DNA from: the human T2T-CHM13v2.0 reference genome, Homo sapiens
Length of the DNA stretch: 64,000 nt
Assembly (NCBI RefSeq): GCF_009914755.1
Contig: NC_060947.1
Reading direction: 5' to 3' (one strand)
Shown in pieces: positions 1 to 15,105 of this stretch (position 1 is its first letter; each line of letters opens with the position of its first letter). The translations under genes were made by a program, and so were the position numbers. Below the pieces are notes generated by a model. That model made no database searches, was not told the origin of the DNA, and saw nothing but the letters and a program-made list of their open reading frames with translations.

Positions 1-110
1 AAAGGGCCTCCGGGAGACCTCTGTGAAATGGTACTAGATATTGACTTGTATTATCTTAATGGGCCCTGACAACGAGCTTTTAAGGTAGTGGGCAAGGCAA
101 GCCTTGTCAG

Positions 111-240
111 TGTTTTACTGATTAGGAAATGGAGGCTCTGAGAAATTAAGTGTCTTGTTCGAGGTCACATGTTGTTTGGTGGCAGAGCTGGGACTGGAAC
201 AGAGGTGACCCAGAGCCTGGTGCTGGTCCCTTTCCACCAC
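111..240 (-). mobile_element. MIR SINE fragment
   Basis: Degenerate core ttttactgattaggaaatggaggctctgagaaattaagtg...ggtcaca; boundaries approximate. Confidence 0.7.
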
Positions 241-524
241 CCGCCATGCCCTGTGCCCACCCTCCCTCCTCTGACCAAGTCTAAGCAAGTGGAAAGGAGG
301 GCTTGGCCTCCAGTGGGAGCTTAGCAAGGCCTCTCAAGGGCCTGGAAGACAAGGGGACCCTTCTCTAGCCCCCTGCCTGGCCCTGGGTGTTTGCATTTGG
401 ACATGTGCTGTGGCAGAGGCATCACGGGGGCACTGGATGCTCCATCTGGAGTTACGTCTCTTCTCCTAGAGGAAAGGGAATCCAGGGACATGAATTCTCT
501 CTCAGTGACTCACCTCTGAGCCCT

Positions 525-640
525 GTCAGGTCTCCCCGGGCCTCAGATTCCTCTGTGGTGACATGGAAATAATAACAGGGCCGCCCCCTCCTTGAGGAGC
601 TGTGGAATTAGAGAATGAGCCTGCACAGAAATGCCCACGG
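525..640 (+). mobile_element. MIR SINE fragment
   Basis: gcctcagattcctc...atggaaataataac resembles the MIR core. Confidence 0.5.
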
Positions 641-864
641 TGAGTCGATTACCCAGTTCCGCTCTCCTCTGGCCCAAGCGGTGGCCCCGAGAGTCCCCTG
701 GAACAGGAGGGCCTCAGGGAAATTTGCCAGGGGCACCACACAGAGAGCACGCCAGGGAGGCGTTGCTCAATCTCTCACCCACGTGGGCCCCAGGGAAAGC
801 CCGCAGCCCAGCCATGACTCCTGAACTGCCCTGAGAGCCTGGGACAGGCTCGCACTGCGCTCAC

Positions 865-1199
865 TCATCCTCTCTGTCTCTCTCTCTCTCTCATGCTTTT
901 CCTTTATTTTCTCATGCTTTCCCTCTCTTGTGCCCACACTCCAGAAATATGTTTCCCATCCCCTCATTTCCCTGCATTCTCTGTCCTCCTCCTCCCGTCC
1001 TCCTTGCTTGCTGGCTTTCACTTACTCTCTTCTTCTCCCTGGTGCTCTGTTCCCCGCTCTGTGCCCTCTTTCATGCCCCCTGTCCATCACCCCGCCACTC
1101 TCTTGCTGTCTCGGCTTACTCTCTCCTGCTTGCCCTCTTGCTGCCTTACTTTCCTCTCTTGCCCTCTCACTCTCTGACTCTTCCGTGCTCTCTGCTGCC

Positions 1200-1200
<1 letters not shown>
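865..1200. repeat. Pyrimidine-rich (CT) low-complexity tract
   Basis: Strong C/T bias on the + strand with short (TC)n runs. Confidence 0.8.
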
Positions 1201-1717
<517 letters not shown>

Positions 1718-1759
1718 CCCTGGTAGGTTCTAGAGAAGGAAAATCAGGAAAGATGTGCC

Positions 1760-2250
1760 TGCCCTGCCTTCCAAGAGCTTCTGGCCTGGGAGGAGAAGCA
1801 TCCTGAAGGAGAATACAGGGCAATACCCCCTGTCCCAGGTGCTGCAATTGAGGTCTACTCAGCCCACCACAAAGCACCAGGGATTAGGTGATGTGTTGAG
1901 TGTGTGGAGGGATAATCGGGGAAGGCTGCATAGAGGAGGTGGCCCAGGTTAATAAGGAAATAGGGGAGGGAAGGGAGATGAAAGGGAAACAGGAAAGAAA
2001 AAAAACACAAGGCCATAGTCTCACCCACCAGGGGGCTGCCAACTGCTATATGTGGCTGGAATATGGGATAACAGGGTCGGGGGCACTAGATGAGGCCTGG
2101 AAAAGTTGCAGGAATCCATCATCGCAGGCCTCGGGGGGCTCAGCTAAGGGGATCAAACTTACTCCTGAGGGCAATGGTGAGGCATGGAAGATTGTAGAGG
2201 GATCTAGGGTTGGTCCTGAAAGGTAACCCTGGCAGCAGAGTAGAAGGCTT
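1760..2250 (-). mobile_element. L2 LINE fragments
   Basis: Purine-rich L2-like segments (ggaaggctgcatagaggaggtg; actcctgagggcaatggtgaggcatggaag). Confidence 0.5.
2025..2036 (+). promoter_or_regulatory. CTCF core motif
   Basis: ccaccagggggc matches the CTCF core consensus; occupancy unknown. Confidence 0.4.
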
Positions 2251-3579
2251 TGAGAGAGGCAGCTGGAGGCAGAGATTTAGACAAAGTGAGCTCTCAGGTC
2301 CCTTTCAACTTGGAAGCTCTAGAAGTCTCCAGGGGAATTACCGAGGTGGGGCGGTGGCATGGAGAAGAAACCCAGGCCAGGGGTGACCAGCCAAATCTCC
2401 TGAACATTGACGATGGGGAGAGATGGCCACCAGCGTCAACAGCAGGCAGCAGGCCTCCCTGTGGGCTGAGCTCAGCACACACTTCCAGCCCTGACGCAGA
2501 GCCAGTCCTACTTGGGCCTATCATGTGGCTAGGCCCTGAGGGTCCCAAATGTTCCCCAAGGCTGGCAGACAGGGCAGGAGGACAAACCAGCACAGATTAG
2601 ACATCAGGGCAATGATGGATGGGAGAGAAGCCGCCTCAGGCCCTGGGGCAGAACCAGGTAGGCACTGGACCTCTGTATTCCTCCGAGGGATATGGGCATT
2701 TGGGGCCCCTCCAGCCCTGCCACAGCTTGGCTCTGCATTCCTCTCCCCTCCCCGGCTTGGACATACATGGGGCCGGCAGGGGCGAGGGATGCTCTGTCCA
2801 CCCACAGTGCCCTGAGAGGCCCAGGCAGGGCTCGAACGCTGACTCCAGCCCCTTCCCACCTAGAGGGAGGCCCGGCTTGTGACCACCCTGAATTTTTCTT
2901 GCAGCCTCTTGGCCCAGCCTCGCTGCAAGTCTGTTGACAAGCTGGGAGAGCTGACAGTAAAACGAGCTGAGGCCCAAAGTAGGGAGGCGGCACTGCGAGG
3001 AGACACTTCGTCATTAGAATGCAGCACGATTCCGCAAGCCTTTCTCCAGTGCCCGGGCCACTCTTGCCAAGCGCTGTGTGCAGAGCTGCAGGGAACAGGG
3101 CAGGACAAGGCGCCCAGAACCAAGAGTCCCGGGAAGACAAGGAGATGCTTGTCGGGGTTCTGGGAACCTGCAGAGGCCGCAGGGCCCAGGGCAGGCCCGG
3201 GCTGCGCAAGGAGCTCCAGCTCCCAGGGAGGGGCACTGGGAGTCCGAGACCAGCCCCCCAGCCCTCAGCGCCCCCATCCACTGTCCTTTCTGCCTGACTC
3301 CCTCTTCCCTGGCTTTAAAGGATCATTAATTCTTTCTTCTGTCAATCCACAAAGGCAGAGACACCTCCTACTAAATGGGGAGGATGGGGAGGATGGGAGC
3401 AGAGCGAGGAGGAAATGGGGGTCTCTATGATGCACCTCTAAGTTATTCTTGCTCCTGCCCTCCGGGAGCTCACAGTCTAATCAGGGAGATAGATATAGTT
3501 GCAACCGCCCATGATGCAATCAGATATAAAGGCTAAGTGGCGTCTATACTTAGTAACATGAGAGTTGGGGGAAATTCAT

Positions 3580-3820
3580 CACAGTAGCTAACGCATCCAG
3601 CAACAACCTCACCCCAGGTACTGTACTAAGTGGTTGACATGCATTCACTCATTTCCTCCTCATCACAGCTCTGAGGCAGGTGCTAGTGCTAGCCCCATTT
3701 GACAGATTAGGAAACTGAGGCACAGAGACGTTGAGTAACTTTCCCAAGGTCACACAGGTGGAACCAAGATTTGTCCCTAGTGGCCTGGCTCCAGAGTCTG
3801 TGCCTTTAACCACCAGGCCA
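3580..3820 (-). mobile_element. MIR SINE
   Basis: cccatttgacagattaggaaactgaggcacagaga...cccaaggtcacacagg. Confidence 0.85.
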
Positions 3821-3869
3821 GACTAAAGGAATAATGGCATCTCTTTGGTCTTTGCAGCAGCACTGGTGA

Positions 3870-4090
3870 GTGCTGGAGAGCACGGCGCCCTGGGTCGGGC
3901 AGACCCACAGTGGTCGTCATGTGGCCTTGCGCAACTCCTGTGCCCTTTCTAAGCTTCAGTTTCCTCTCCAATAAAATGCGGAGAGCAACAGTATAGCACC
4001 TTCCTCCCAGGGCTGCCAGGAGAAGTAAATGAGCAGAGACGTGTGGAGATCTTAGCACAGGGCCTGCGCAGAACAGATGCACGCAGACGT
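3870..4090 (+). mobile_element. MIR SINE (head-to-head with the previous MIR)
   Basis: cttcagtttcctctccaataaaatg...cttagcacagggcctg. Confidence 0.7.
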
Positions 4091-4720
4091 TGCTCCATTT
4101 ACACGGGCCTTTGAGAGCTGCAAGACCCTTCCACACTCATTCAGTAGACTGGACAGAGAAGCAGCTGGAGAGATGAAGGCTTTGGGAATGGCTTCTGAGG
4201 AGGGGCGGTGCTTGTCTCACTAGAATAGCCAGGTCCCCAGAGATCTCTCCCTATTCCCGAATCCTGGCTTGATCTCACTCCCAGACTTCCGAGCCATCAC
4301 ACAAGGGCATTGATCACCACCCCCTGCATCAGGGATAGTCCAAGGCTCAGCAGCCCCCAGCGTTCAGGAACCAACGGCCTCAAGTCAGCTGATATCCAGA
4401 TGAAGGACCCAGAGAGTGAGGGAGGATAGGCCCTGGAGTTGGGGAGCGGAGAAGCCTCTGTCCCCACCCCATCCTGTTGAGGAGCTACAGAGCCTGCCTG
4501 GGATTCACTCCCCACAAGAAAGCCACCCCCACGCCATCGCCCTCTGCACAGATTTGCAGACGGTTCCCTGATGCAACCTAGGGCCCTCTCTGGCTAGCAT
4601 CCACCAGCCTCAGATGCAACTGGAAGAAAATAATGTGTAAATGAGAGCTGGAACCTGCACTGCAATGGGCGGGCAAAAGCCAGCTCCCTTTTGGGCTTCA
4701 GCCCTGGGCTTCTACCCACC

Positions 4721-4780
4721 TCTGTGACCTTGCAGCTCTGTGACCTTGTGGCTCCGTGACTCTGCAGCTCTGTGACTGCA
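4721..4780. repeat. 16-bp tandem repeat, about 3.7 copies
   Basis: tctgtgaccttgcagc / tctgtgaccttgtggc / tccgtgactctgcagc / tctgtgactgca. Confidence 0.9.
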
Positions 4781-4917
4781 CTGGCTCTTCCTTTAGTGAG
4801 CACCCTTGCATACCCCATTTTGCCTGCCTGGAAATATCAGCTTTCAGCCCCATCTCTCCCATGGCACTTTGTCTGATGAATACCCCACCCACCCCATCTC
4901 ACATACATGCATGTGCG

Positions 4918-4920
<3 letters not shown>

Positions 4921-4952
<32 letters not shown>
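4921..4952. repeat. (CA)n microsatellite
   Basis: Direct reading. Confidence 0.97.
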
Positions 4953-4955
<3 letters not shown>

Positions 4956-5057
4956 GGTTAACATTTACTCTCCTCTCCTTACGCCCATGTGTGGGTACCT
5001 TTATTGAAAAAGTACCACATGGTGTTGTTACATTTTTTTTCTTTCACCTGTCTCCCA

Positions 5058-5320
5058 GTTCCAGTTACCTATTGCTGCACTTTAAAAAATCACCCAAAAC
5101 CTAATGGCTTAAAACTATGACATTTATTTTGCTCACCAACCTGCAATTTCAATGGGGCATGATGGAGACAGCTTCTTTCTCCTCCACTCGGTGTCAGCTG
5201 GGGCAGCTGGGAGTCTGGGGTGGGAGCACCCAAAGGCCCCCTCTCATGTGCAGAGGTTCTCACTATCTGTTGTTTGGGATCTTGGCTGGAACTGGGCCTC
5301 CTGGCAGGAGAGCGGGGCAA
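5058..5320 (-). mobile_element. MaLR LTR fragment (MLT1)
   Basis: cagttacctattgctgc...cacccaaaacctaatggcttaaaac is the inverted MLT1 3' end. Confidence 0.7.
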
Positions 5321-5664
5321 ATTAAAGGGAATCTCACCCATGAGGAACTCAGAAGCTCATTGGAGGTGCTAAGAAATGGCAGTTCCTCTTCTCTGCCTTT
5401 TCCTGACCCTTCACAGCCTCCAGAATGGCAACAGTGCCCAGTCCAGGGCTTTCTCAGATTCCTGAAGATGGAGCTTGGGAAGAAAGAGATTGCCTGCTCT
5501 CTTAACCCCAGATGGGAAGGTAGCAGACAGCCCAGCCTGCTCAGCCATGCTCTCACTGTGGAGGGGACAGTGACTCACCAGTCCTTCTTCACCAGCCTGG
5601 CAAGAATATCCCTCAACATCATCCAACTCCTGTTATATCACTTCCATAGTTACTAAACCCTCCA

Positions 5665-6190
5665 GTGAACCCTTGCTGCATCACAGAGGACCCTAAAACC
5701 TAGTGGCTTAAAACAACAGCCATTTTATTATCTTTCATGATGATGGGGGTCAGGAATTAGGGCAGGGCTCAGTTGGGTGATTCTTCAGCAACACATGGCA
5801 TTGAATGGGGTCACTTGATGATATTCATCTAGTAACTGCTCTAGTCTGGAGGATCCAAGATGGCCCCACTCCTGTGCCTGGTGCCTTGGCAAGGGAGGCT
5901 GGAGGGCTGGCTCAGCAGGGCTTCTCTCCCTTTCCATGTAGCATTGTGACCATTCCACGGGGTCTCTCCAGCAGTGTGGTCCAGCTTCTCACATGGTGAC
6001 TTGGAGCTCCAAGGAACCAAGGCAGGAGCCTTTGAAAAGTCTAAGCCTGACACTGGCATGGCATCACTTCTGCCATCCTCCATTAGTCAAAGCAGCTTGG
6101 GCCCAGCCCAGACTCAGGGAAGGGGTAACTGACCCCACTTCTCCATAGGAGAAGCCTCAAAGTTTCTGTGGTCCTCTTTAAATGGCCAAG
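5665..6190 (-). mobile_element. MaLR LTR (MLT1G/H-like)
   Basis: aaaacctagtggcttaaaacaacagccattttattatc...catcacttctgcca. Confidence 0.75.
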
Positions 6191-6290
6191 CAATCTTTGG
6201 ACCCAGGGCCCAGGCTCCTGGGTAGGTCTGTCTGCCCATCAGGAAGTTCTGTGCCCAAGGTCAATCCCATTACTCACTCCAGACTGAACT

Positions 6291-6686
6291 TATGGGCTGA
6301 ATTGTTCCCCTCAAATTCATATGTTGAAGTCTCAGGACCTCAGAACGTGACCTTATTTGGAGATAGGGCCTTTACAAAGATAATCGAGTTAAAATAAAGC
6401 TATTAGGGTGGGCTTAATCCAATCTGACTGTTGTCCTCATAAGAAGAGGGAATTTAGACACACAGAGAGACACCAGGGTGTGTGTGCACAAAGGAAAGAT
6501 TGTGTCAGGACACAGTGGGAAGGCAATCATCTACAAGCCAAGGAAAGAGGCCTCCGAAGAAACCAACCCTGCAGAGACCTTGATCTTGGACTTCTAGTCT
6601 CCAGAACTGTGAGAAAATAAAATTTCTGTCGCTTAAGCCCCTCAGTAAGTGGTATTTTCTTATTGCAGCCCAAGCAGACTAATACA
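6291..6686 (+). mobile_element. MaLR solo LTR (MLT1B-like)
   Basis: tatgggctgaattg...gtgaccttatttggagataggg...gcagactaataca; about 395 bp. Confidence 0.9.
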
Positions 6687-7869
6687 GAGCTCCTGCAGGT
6701 AATTAATACATTGGCATTTTGGTCTCTATTATTCTCAAGTGAATGTGGTGAAGTCTATTACTTAGCTGCTTTGAGAGTTTGATTAATGTGATAAAAGTTC
6801 ACAGAATGGGAGTGGGGGTGGAACAGGGAATCAAGGTCCTGTCCTGCAAAGATGAGGCTTGGGCCAGGCCCCTTGGGGCGCCAGGCAGGTGCCAGCAAGG
6901 TGTGTGGCAGCCCAGAGTGGACAGCAAGCCAGTGCCTGCCTGCCCTCAACACACCACCATCCCAGGGTCCAGGGAGGAGGAGTCAGCCTCAGCTGGGCCG
7001 AGGTCAAGATCCTAGGACCCTTTTGGAGAGACACTGAAGGAGCAGATCAAAGAAGCAAGATCCTAGGTTTGGCATTCACAGCATCTAGGCATCGGCTGAG
7101 GTGACAGATGTTTGGCACACAGGCCACGGCAGCTCCTCTCTGGGTCCTCCCTTCTTGGCAACTTCTGTTGCGTTGGTTGCCTCTGTTTCTCCTCACTCCA
7201 CCTGGGATGGTGCTGCTTGATCCCAAGGGAAAGTGATGGCCTCCAAGAGGTAATGCCCACAGACAGCTTGAGTGCCAGGAGGCAGGGATGACCAGCAGGG
7301 TAGTGAAGAGCATTATTGTTGTCCTTCCAGGTAGTGGTGCCTCTCCAGAGTGAGGCAGCTGTGGTCACTCCAAGCCCAGCGGACCTGCCCCACCCCTGCC
7401 CAGGCCAAGTCCTGGTCTCTGTTACTCACTGGGGTTGGGTGGCTTGGTTGAGGTTTTCTGCACCTGGTAAAACAAACAGAGCATCAAGAAGGTGGCAGCC
7501 TTGCTGAGAGCTCTGCCACTGAGGGACAGGCCTCAGCCCTCAAGCCGCCAGCCTGGGCCTTGTGTTTTCACTAGAAGCCAACCTCCCAGGGTGGCCTGGG
7601 CTCCCAGGCCCTCAGGGATGGTGTTACACAGTGCAATCTTTCCTTATGGCTGGGGGAGAGATGGGCAGGTGGACACTCGGCAGAAGAGGAGGTTTTTTTC
7701 ACCCTTTTCAGAAGCGCAATTGGCCTGCAGTGAGAAGAAACAAAGGAACGCAAACCACGAGCACTTTCAAACAGAGGCCTGCAGCCCCTGAGCTCCGACA
7801 AGGAGCTCAATCTGGCGGAGGACCATGACAGCAGAATCTGATTTCCTCCCCGCGGCAACTTCAACAGAG

Positions 7870-8325
<456 letters not shown>

Positions 8326-8328
8326 CTA

Positions 8329-8712
<384 letters not shown>

Positions 8713-9079
8713 TTACAGCACATGATAATTAAAAATTGACATGACACTTCATTATTTTAAAAATTCCTCAGCAGATCGTCGTGTCGGGGAATTTCTCACT
8801 GACCCCAGTTCACGACCATGTCCATGGGGTTTTCTCCTTTGGTCCCCCTTCTCTCCCTGCCCCTTTCTTTCCCCACTTGCAGGCCACCCCCTGGAAAACT
8901 CTTTCTAATTAGGCAGAGCAATTCAATCCTCACTAAGCCTCATGAACCTTCCCAAACCGGAGAAAACCCAACAAAGCTCATCAAAGTATCAAAATAGTTT
9001 TACACCTGCCACAGAAAAGCACTCTAGGTGTCTGCCCCTCCTACCTCTCTGCTGCCGTCCGTATCTCCATAATTTGAGA

Positions 9080-9230
9080 CTCTATAAGCTGGAAAAGGCC
9101 CAGCAGCAGGGAGAGCAACTGTCTCACTTTACAGATGAGGACACTGAGGTTCAGGTTGGTGATGTGGTCTGACCAGCGCCAAGGAGCACATGTCTGGAGG
9201 TTTGGGGCTGGAACCCAGGAATAGAGCCGC
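9080..9230 (-). mobile_element. MIR SINE fragment
   Basis: ctcactttacagatgaggacactgagg. Confidence 0.7.
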
Positions 9231-9314
9231 CTAGATCTTACCTAACTTGGTACTTCTTACCCTTCATAGGTTGTATCAGCAGGACGGGCTTTGCCCGTGT
9301 GGTAACAGGAAGCC

Positions 9315-9833
9315 TGTATTCATTCTGCATTTCTAGGTAGAAAATTGCTCCAAAACTCCACAACTTACACAGCCTATTTTGATCATCTCACACAGTTTCT
9401 GAGGGGCAGGAATGTGGGATCAGCTTAGCTGGTGGTTCTGGCTCCAAGTTATTCACACAAGGCTGCAATCAAGGCGTTGTCTGGGGCTTCGGTCTCCGAA
9501 GACCCCACCGGGGCTAAAGGATCCACTTCCAAGCTCACTAATGTGGCTGTTGGCAGGAGGCGTCAGTTCCTTGCTACATGCGCCTCTTTGTATTGCTGCT
9601 CATGACATAACTTCCCTGGAACCAGTGACCCATGAGAGAGAGAAAGCAAACCCAAGACAGAAGCAGCAGTCTTTGTATAACCTAACCACAGAAGTGACAC
9701 GCCATCACTTCTGCCATATGGTTGTTACTGGTCATACAAGCCAACCCTGGTACAATGTGGGAGGGGCCTATACAAGGGTATAAATACCGGGAGGGAGAAT
9801 CATTGAGGACTATCTTAGAGGCTGCCTACCAAA
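9315..9833 (-). mobile_element. MaLR LTR (MLT1E/F-like)
   Basis: tctcacacagtttctgaggggcagg...catcacttctgccatat...ggctgcctacca. Confidence 0.8.
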
Positions 9834-10270
9834 CAACTCAAGATATTAGCAGCTTAAACAAGAGAAAAATGTATTTTCCTCTAACGCAGATATAGTCTAT
9901 GGAAACAGTCCAAAGTTGATATGATGGTTCCATCTTCATGTGAGATCCAGACTTCCTCCCTCATCTCTTTGCCACTTCATGGTCTAAGGTGGCTACTCAA
10001 GCTCCAGCCATCACATCTGCACTCCAGCCAGTAGGAAGAAAAAAGATCTCTTTCTTTTTACAAACACTTCCCAGAACTTGCACATACCATGTCTATTTAT
10101 ATTCCCTTGGCCGGTAATTCATCACAAGGTTACTTCCAGCCTGCAAAGGAGGCTAAAAATTTTAGTCTTTATTTCACATGGGTTATGTGTCCAGAAAGAA
10201 TTCAGAGGTTCTATTACTGAGAAGAAAGGGGGGAAAATGGAGGTTTGGGGATAACTAGCAATCTCTGTTT
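9834..10270 (-). mobile_element. Older MaLR LTR (MLT1J/K-like), probably continuing from about 9272-9314
   Basis: agcagcttaaacaag...ctccagccatcacatctgcactccagccag. Confidence 0.6.
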
Positions 10271-11128
10271 TTGATAACCCAATAAAGGCAATGAACTCTT
10301 TCACAGAAAAAAAAAAAAAAAAAGAAATCATGTACATGCAAAAGTGTGCATGCAACTTCAGAGGGTTTACAGATGCCTGTGAAGTCAGTTTATGGATGTC
10401 ACACAAAGAACCTCTACACCTCTGGCCAGGACCTCAGCCTGTTCCTGTGTATGAACAGTGTTCACTTAGACCCTTTGGACGAGGTCCCTCTGAGAGGGCA
10501 AAGGACACGCCCAGCACATTTCCTCAATGGGGCATGAACCACTTCATCTAATACCTACCTGGTAGGCTGTGTCACCCCGGGAAGAGTCGTCCTGGTGTCT
10601 GGCAGATTGTGGACCTCACTTTCCTTCAGCGACTTCATGCAAAACAAGGGCTGATAAGGAAGAAACTGAAAGGGGTTGGTGTCACGGGTTATGCTGCGGG
10701 ACCCCCCATTTGTGTTTTCAAGAATCAGCCAATAGTGTTCATTGGAATTCCAGATCAGCTTTTCTCTGCTGACATTTCAAATGCCAGGTTACAAGTACAC
10801 AGGCATGGAGCCATTCTCAACACTGTTCAAATTAACCATACTTTTCCTAGGGCTAAAGATAGGTCCAAGGTTAAAACCACAATGAGATACCACTTTACAT
10901 TGACTAGAACGGCTAAAATAAAAAAGAACAACAATGCCAAGTATTAACGGGAGTGACAAGCAAGAGGAACTGTCGTCTGTTGCTGGAGGTATGTAAAATA
11001 GTCCAGCCACTTTGGAGGACAGTTTGACAGTTTCTTTCAAAGTTATGCATGCACTTACCATAAGACCCACCTATCCCACTCCTGCAAGAGAGAGGAAAGC
11101 ATTTGTTCACAAAAAGATTTGAACATGA

Positions 11129-11774
<646 letters not shown>

Positions 11775-12589
11775 TTATTCACAGCAGCCAAAAACTGGAA
11801 ACAATGCAAACAACCATCTATAGGTTAATGAATATACGAACTAGGGTACATCTATACAATGGAGAACTACTCTGCCGTAAAAAGGAGCAAACTACTGATA
11901 GACACAACTTGGATGATCTTAAATGCAATATGCCGTGTGAAAAAAGCTGAGCACAAAAGACTGCATGCCATGTGCTTGCATTTATATGAAATTCAAGAAC
12001 AAGCAAGATTAAGCTATGATAATAGAAATCAGAAAAGAGAAGGAGCATGAAAGAATGTTCTGGAATGGTGGAAATGAGCTATATCTTGATAGGAGGATGT
12101 GTTACACAAGAAAACCCCTCAAACCATAGCACCTAAGATTGGTATATTTCACTGTATGTAAGTTACACCTAAACTTAGAAAAAGAAAAAAAAGATCTGAC
12201 TGAAATGCAGGAGTCAGTACCCCACAGACCAAACCCCAGCCAACTGCTTGACCACTGTGCAGAGCAAGACTCAGTGCTGGGTCAACCGTAGCAACTCAAG
12301 CTGAGAGATATCGAGGTCTTCCAGGGAAGGGGGTTATACCACAGACAGCCTCGGTGGGTCAACATGCAGGTAGTAATGATACTAATAGCAGAACTGACTG
12401 AGCTCTGGCCCTGCCCAAATTCTGCTGAATGTAGTCCCTGTGTTCAGAACAACTAGTTCCCCTCAAATGCACAAGGGGCTCAGGCTAGCATCCACCACCC
12501 TAGCAGGCCCTTTCCATACCATTCAGCCTGCACAAAGACAGCCAATGTGACCACAATGCAGCAAACGTAGACACAGAGAATGTCAGTTC

Positions 12590-12740
12590 CCAGAGATCCT
12601 GTTGGTCAGCTCCCCATTTCATAGAGGAGAAAACTGAGACCCAGACAGGGGAGGGCCTCTCCATCTGTCACACAGGGACTGAGTGGCAGAGCCCAGAATA
12701 GCACCCCATCCCTGGACTCCCGCTCCAGTGCTCACATGTC
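12590..12740 (-). mobile_element. MIR SINE fragment
   Basis: ccccatttcatagaggagaaaactgagacccaga. Confidence 0.7.
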
Positions 12741-12886
12741 CATATTGCCCAGTACTTTCCTTCCGACTTTTCCAAAAGGACTGAAATGAACCTCAAGAAA
12801 CCCTGTTTTTCTTCATTTTTAAAAAAAAATATATGCAAAAAAAAAAAAAGGTTTTGGTGCAAGTGGGCTTTCCCTCTAGTGGATTA

Positions 12887-13264
<378 letters not shown>

Positions 13265-13708
13265 TCATTCCACAAATCAAAAGCAGCAGGTGCTTCCACA
13301 CATCCCAGCAGGCACCATTAAGGCAAGTCTGAAACTGGCTGCATTAGGGAGTGGGGACTTCCTGAGCCGTCGTGCCCCCCCTGCCTGCTGAGGGACAAGA
13401 AGATGGCCAAACAGGTACCCAGGGAGCCTCAGAAACTCTCTCTCCTTCCCAAAGAGCATCCATCTCTTGAAGCTCTCCAATTTGCATTAAAAGAGACCAA
13501 AGTACCAAATGGGAAGCGCCTTTGCCCCAGACTCGAGTGACCAAATGCCATTTGCATATCCAAGTATCTTAGAACACCGCCCCCATCGTTCCTCCCCTTT
13601 TGCAACTGCACCCCTCTTCCTCCTCTATACACAAACAGAATCTCAAAGCCTAGCCCTGCCCCTCTCCCTGCCCCTCAGGACACTTTATACTACTACTAAT
13701 ACAAGAGC

Positions 13709-14270
<562 letters not shown>

Positions 14271-14299
14271 TGTCTCCATTCTTCCACTTAAGATTCCAG

Positions 14300-15105
14300 T
14301 GCCAGGCAGGAGTGTAAAATGGCACGGTCACTTTGAACAACAGTCTGGAAGTCTCTCACAAGGTTTAACATATGATTACCCTACAACCTAATAATTTTAC
14401 TTTTGGGTATTTGCCCAAGGGAAATAAGAGCATAAGTCCATAAAAACACTTGCACCGGAGTGTTCATAGAAACTACATTTGTTGGCCAGGCGCAGTGGTT
14501 CACACCTGTACTCCCAGCACTTTGGGAGGCTGAGGCATGGTCATGGCTTAAGGCCAAGAGTTCAAGACCAGCCTGGATAACATAGCAAGACCTTGTCTCT
14601 ATTAAAAACAGAAATAATTAAAATAATGTTTTAAAAAAGAAACTATATTTGTAATTGCTCCAAATTGGAGTAGACTCCAATATCCATCCACTGATGAATG
14701 GATAAACAAATTGTGGTATAGCCATATAATGGAATTCTACTCAACAATATAAGGGAATATGCTACTGATACTCACAACGATGTGAATGAATCTCCTAAGA
14801 CATTATGTCATGCAAAAGGAACCAAACACAAGAGAGCACATGCTGTATGATCCATTTATATGAACTCCAAGGAGAGATCAAACTAACCTCTGGGGAAATC
14901 AGAACAGGAGCTGCCTATGCTGACCAGGGAGGACAGGCTGGGAAGAGAACAAGGAAATGTTTTCAAATGATGGAAATGTTCCAGATCTTGATTGTGGTGG
15001 TAGTCACACAGACACGTATATTTGCCAAAACTCATCAAACTGCACACCTTCTGTGCACTTCAATGTATGTAAATTGTGCTTTAATTAAAAATTAAATTTA
15101 AAAAG
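14300..15105 (+). mobile_element. Old L1 (L1M) 3' fragment
   Basis: gtgtaaaatggcacggtcactttg; gatgaatggataaacaaattgtggtatagccat. Confidence 0.88.
14484..14638 (+). mobile_element. FLAM / Alu left monomer inside L1
   Basis: Monomer then A-rich tail; TSD agaaactacatttgt / agaaactatatttgt. Confidence 0.9.

Noticed and set aside
2604-3430. Longest non-Alu ORFs (225 aa minus, 183 aa plus)
   Set aside because: GC-rich DNA with several overlapping open frames on both strands, Pro/Gly/Ala/Arg-rich, no recognisable domain or exon structure
4721-4780. CRISPR-like array
   Set aside because: Head-to-tail repeat with no spacers, in eukaryotic DNA with no cas genes
10270-10410. Possible hAT/MER remnant
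   Set aside because: Resemblance too weak to assign family or boundaries by eye
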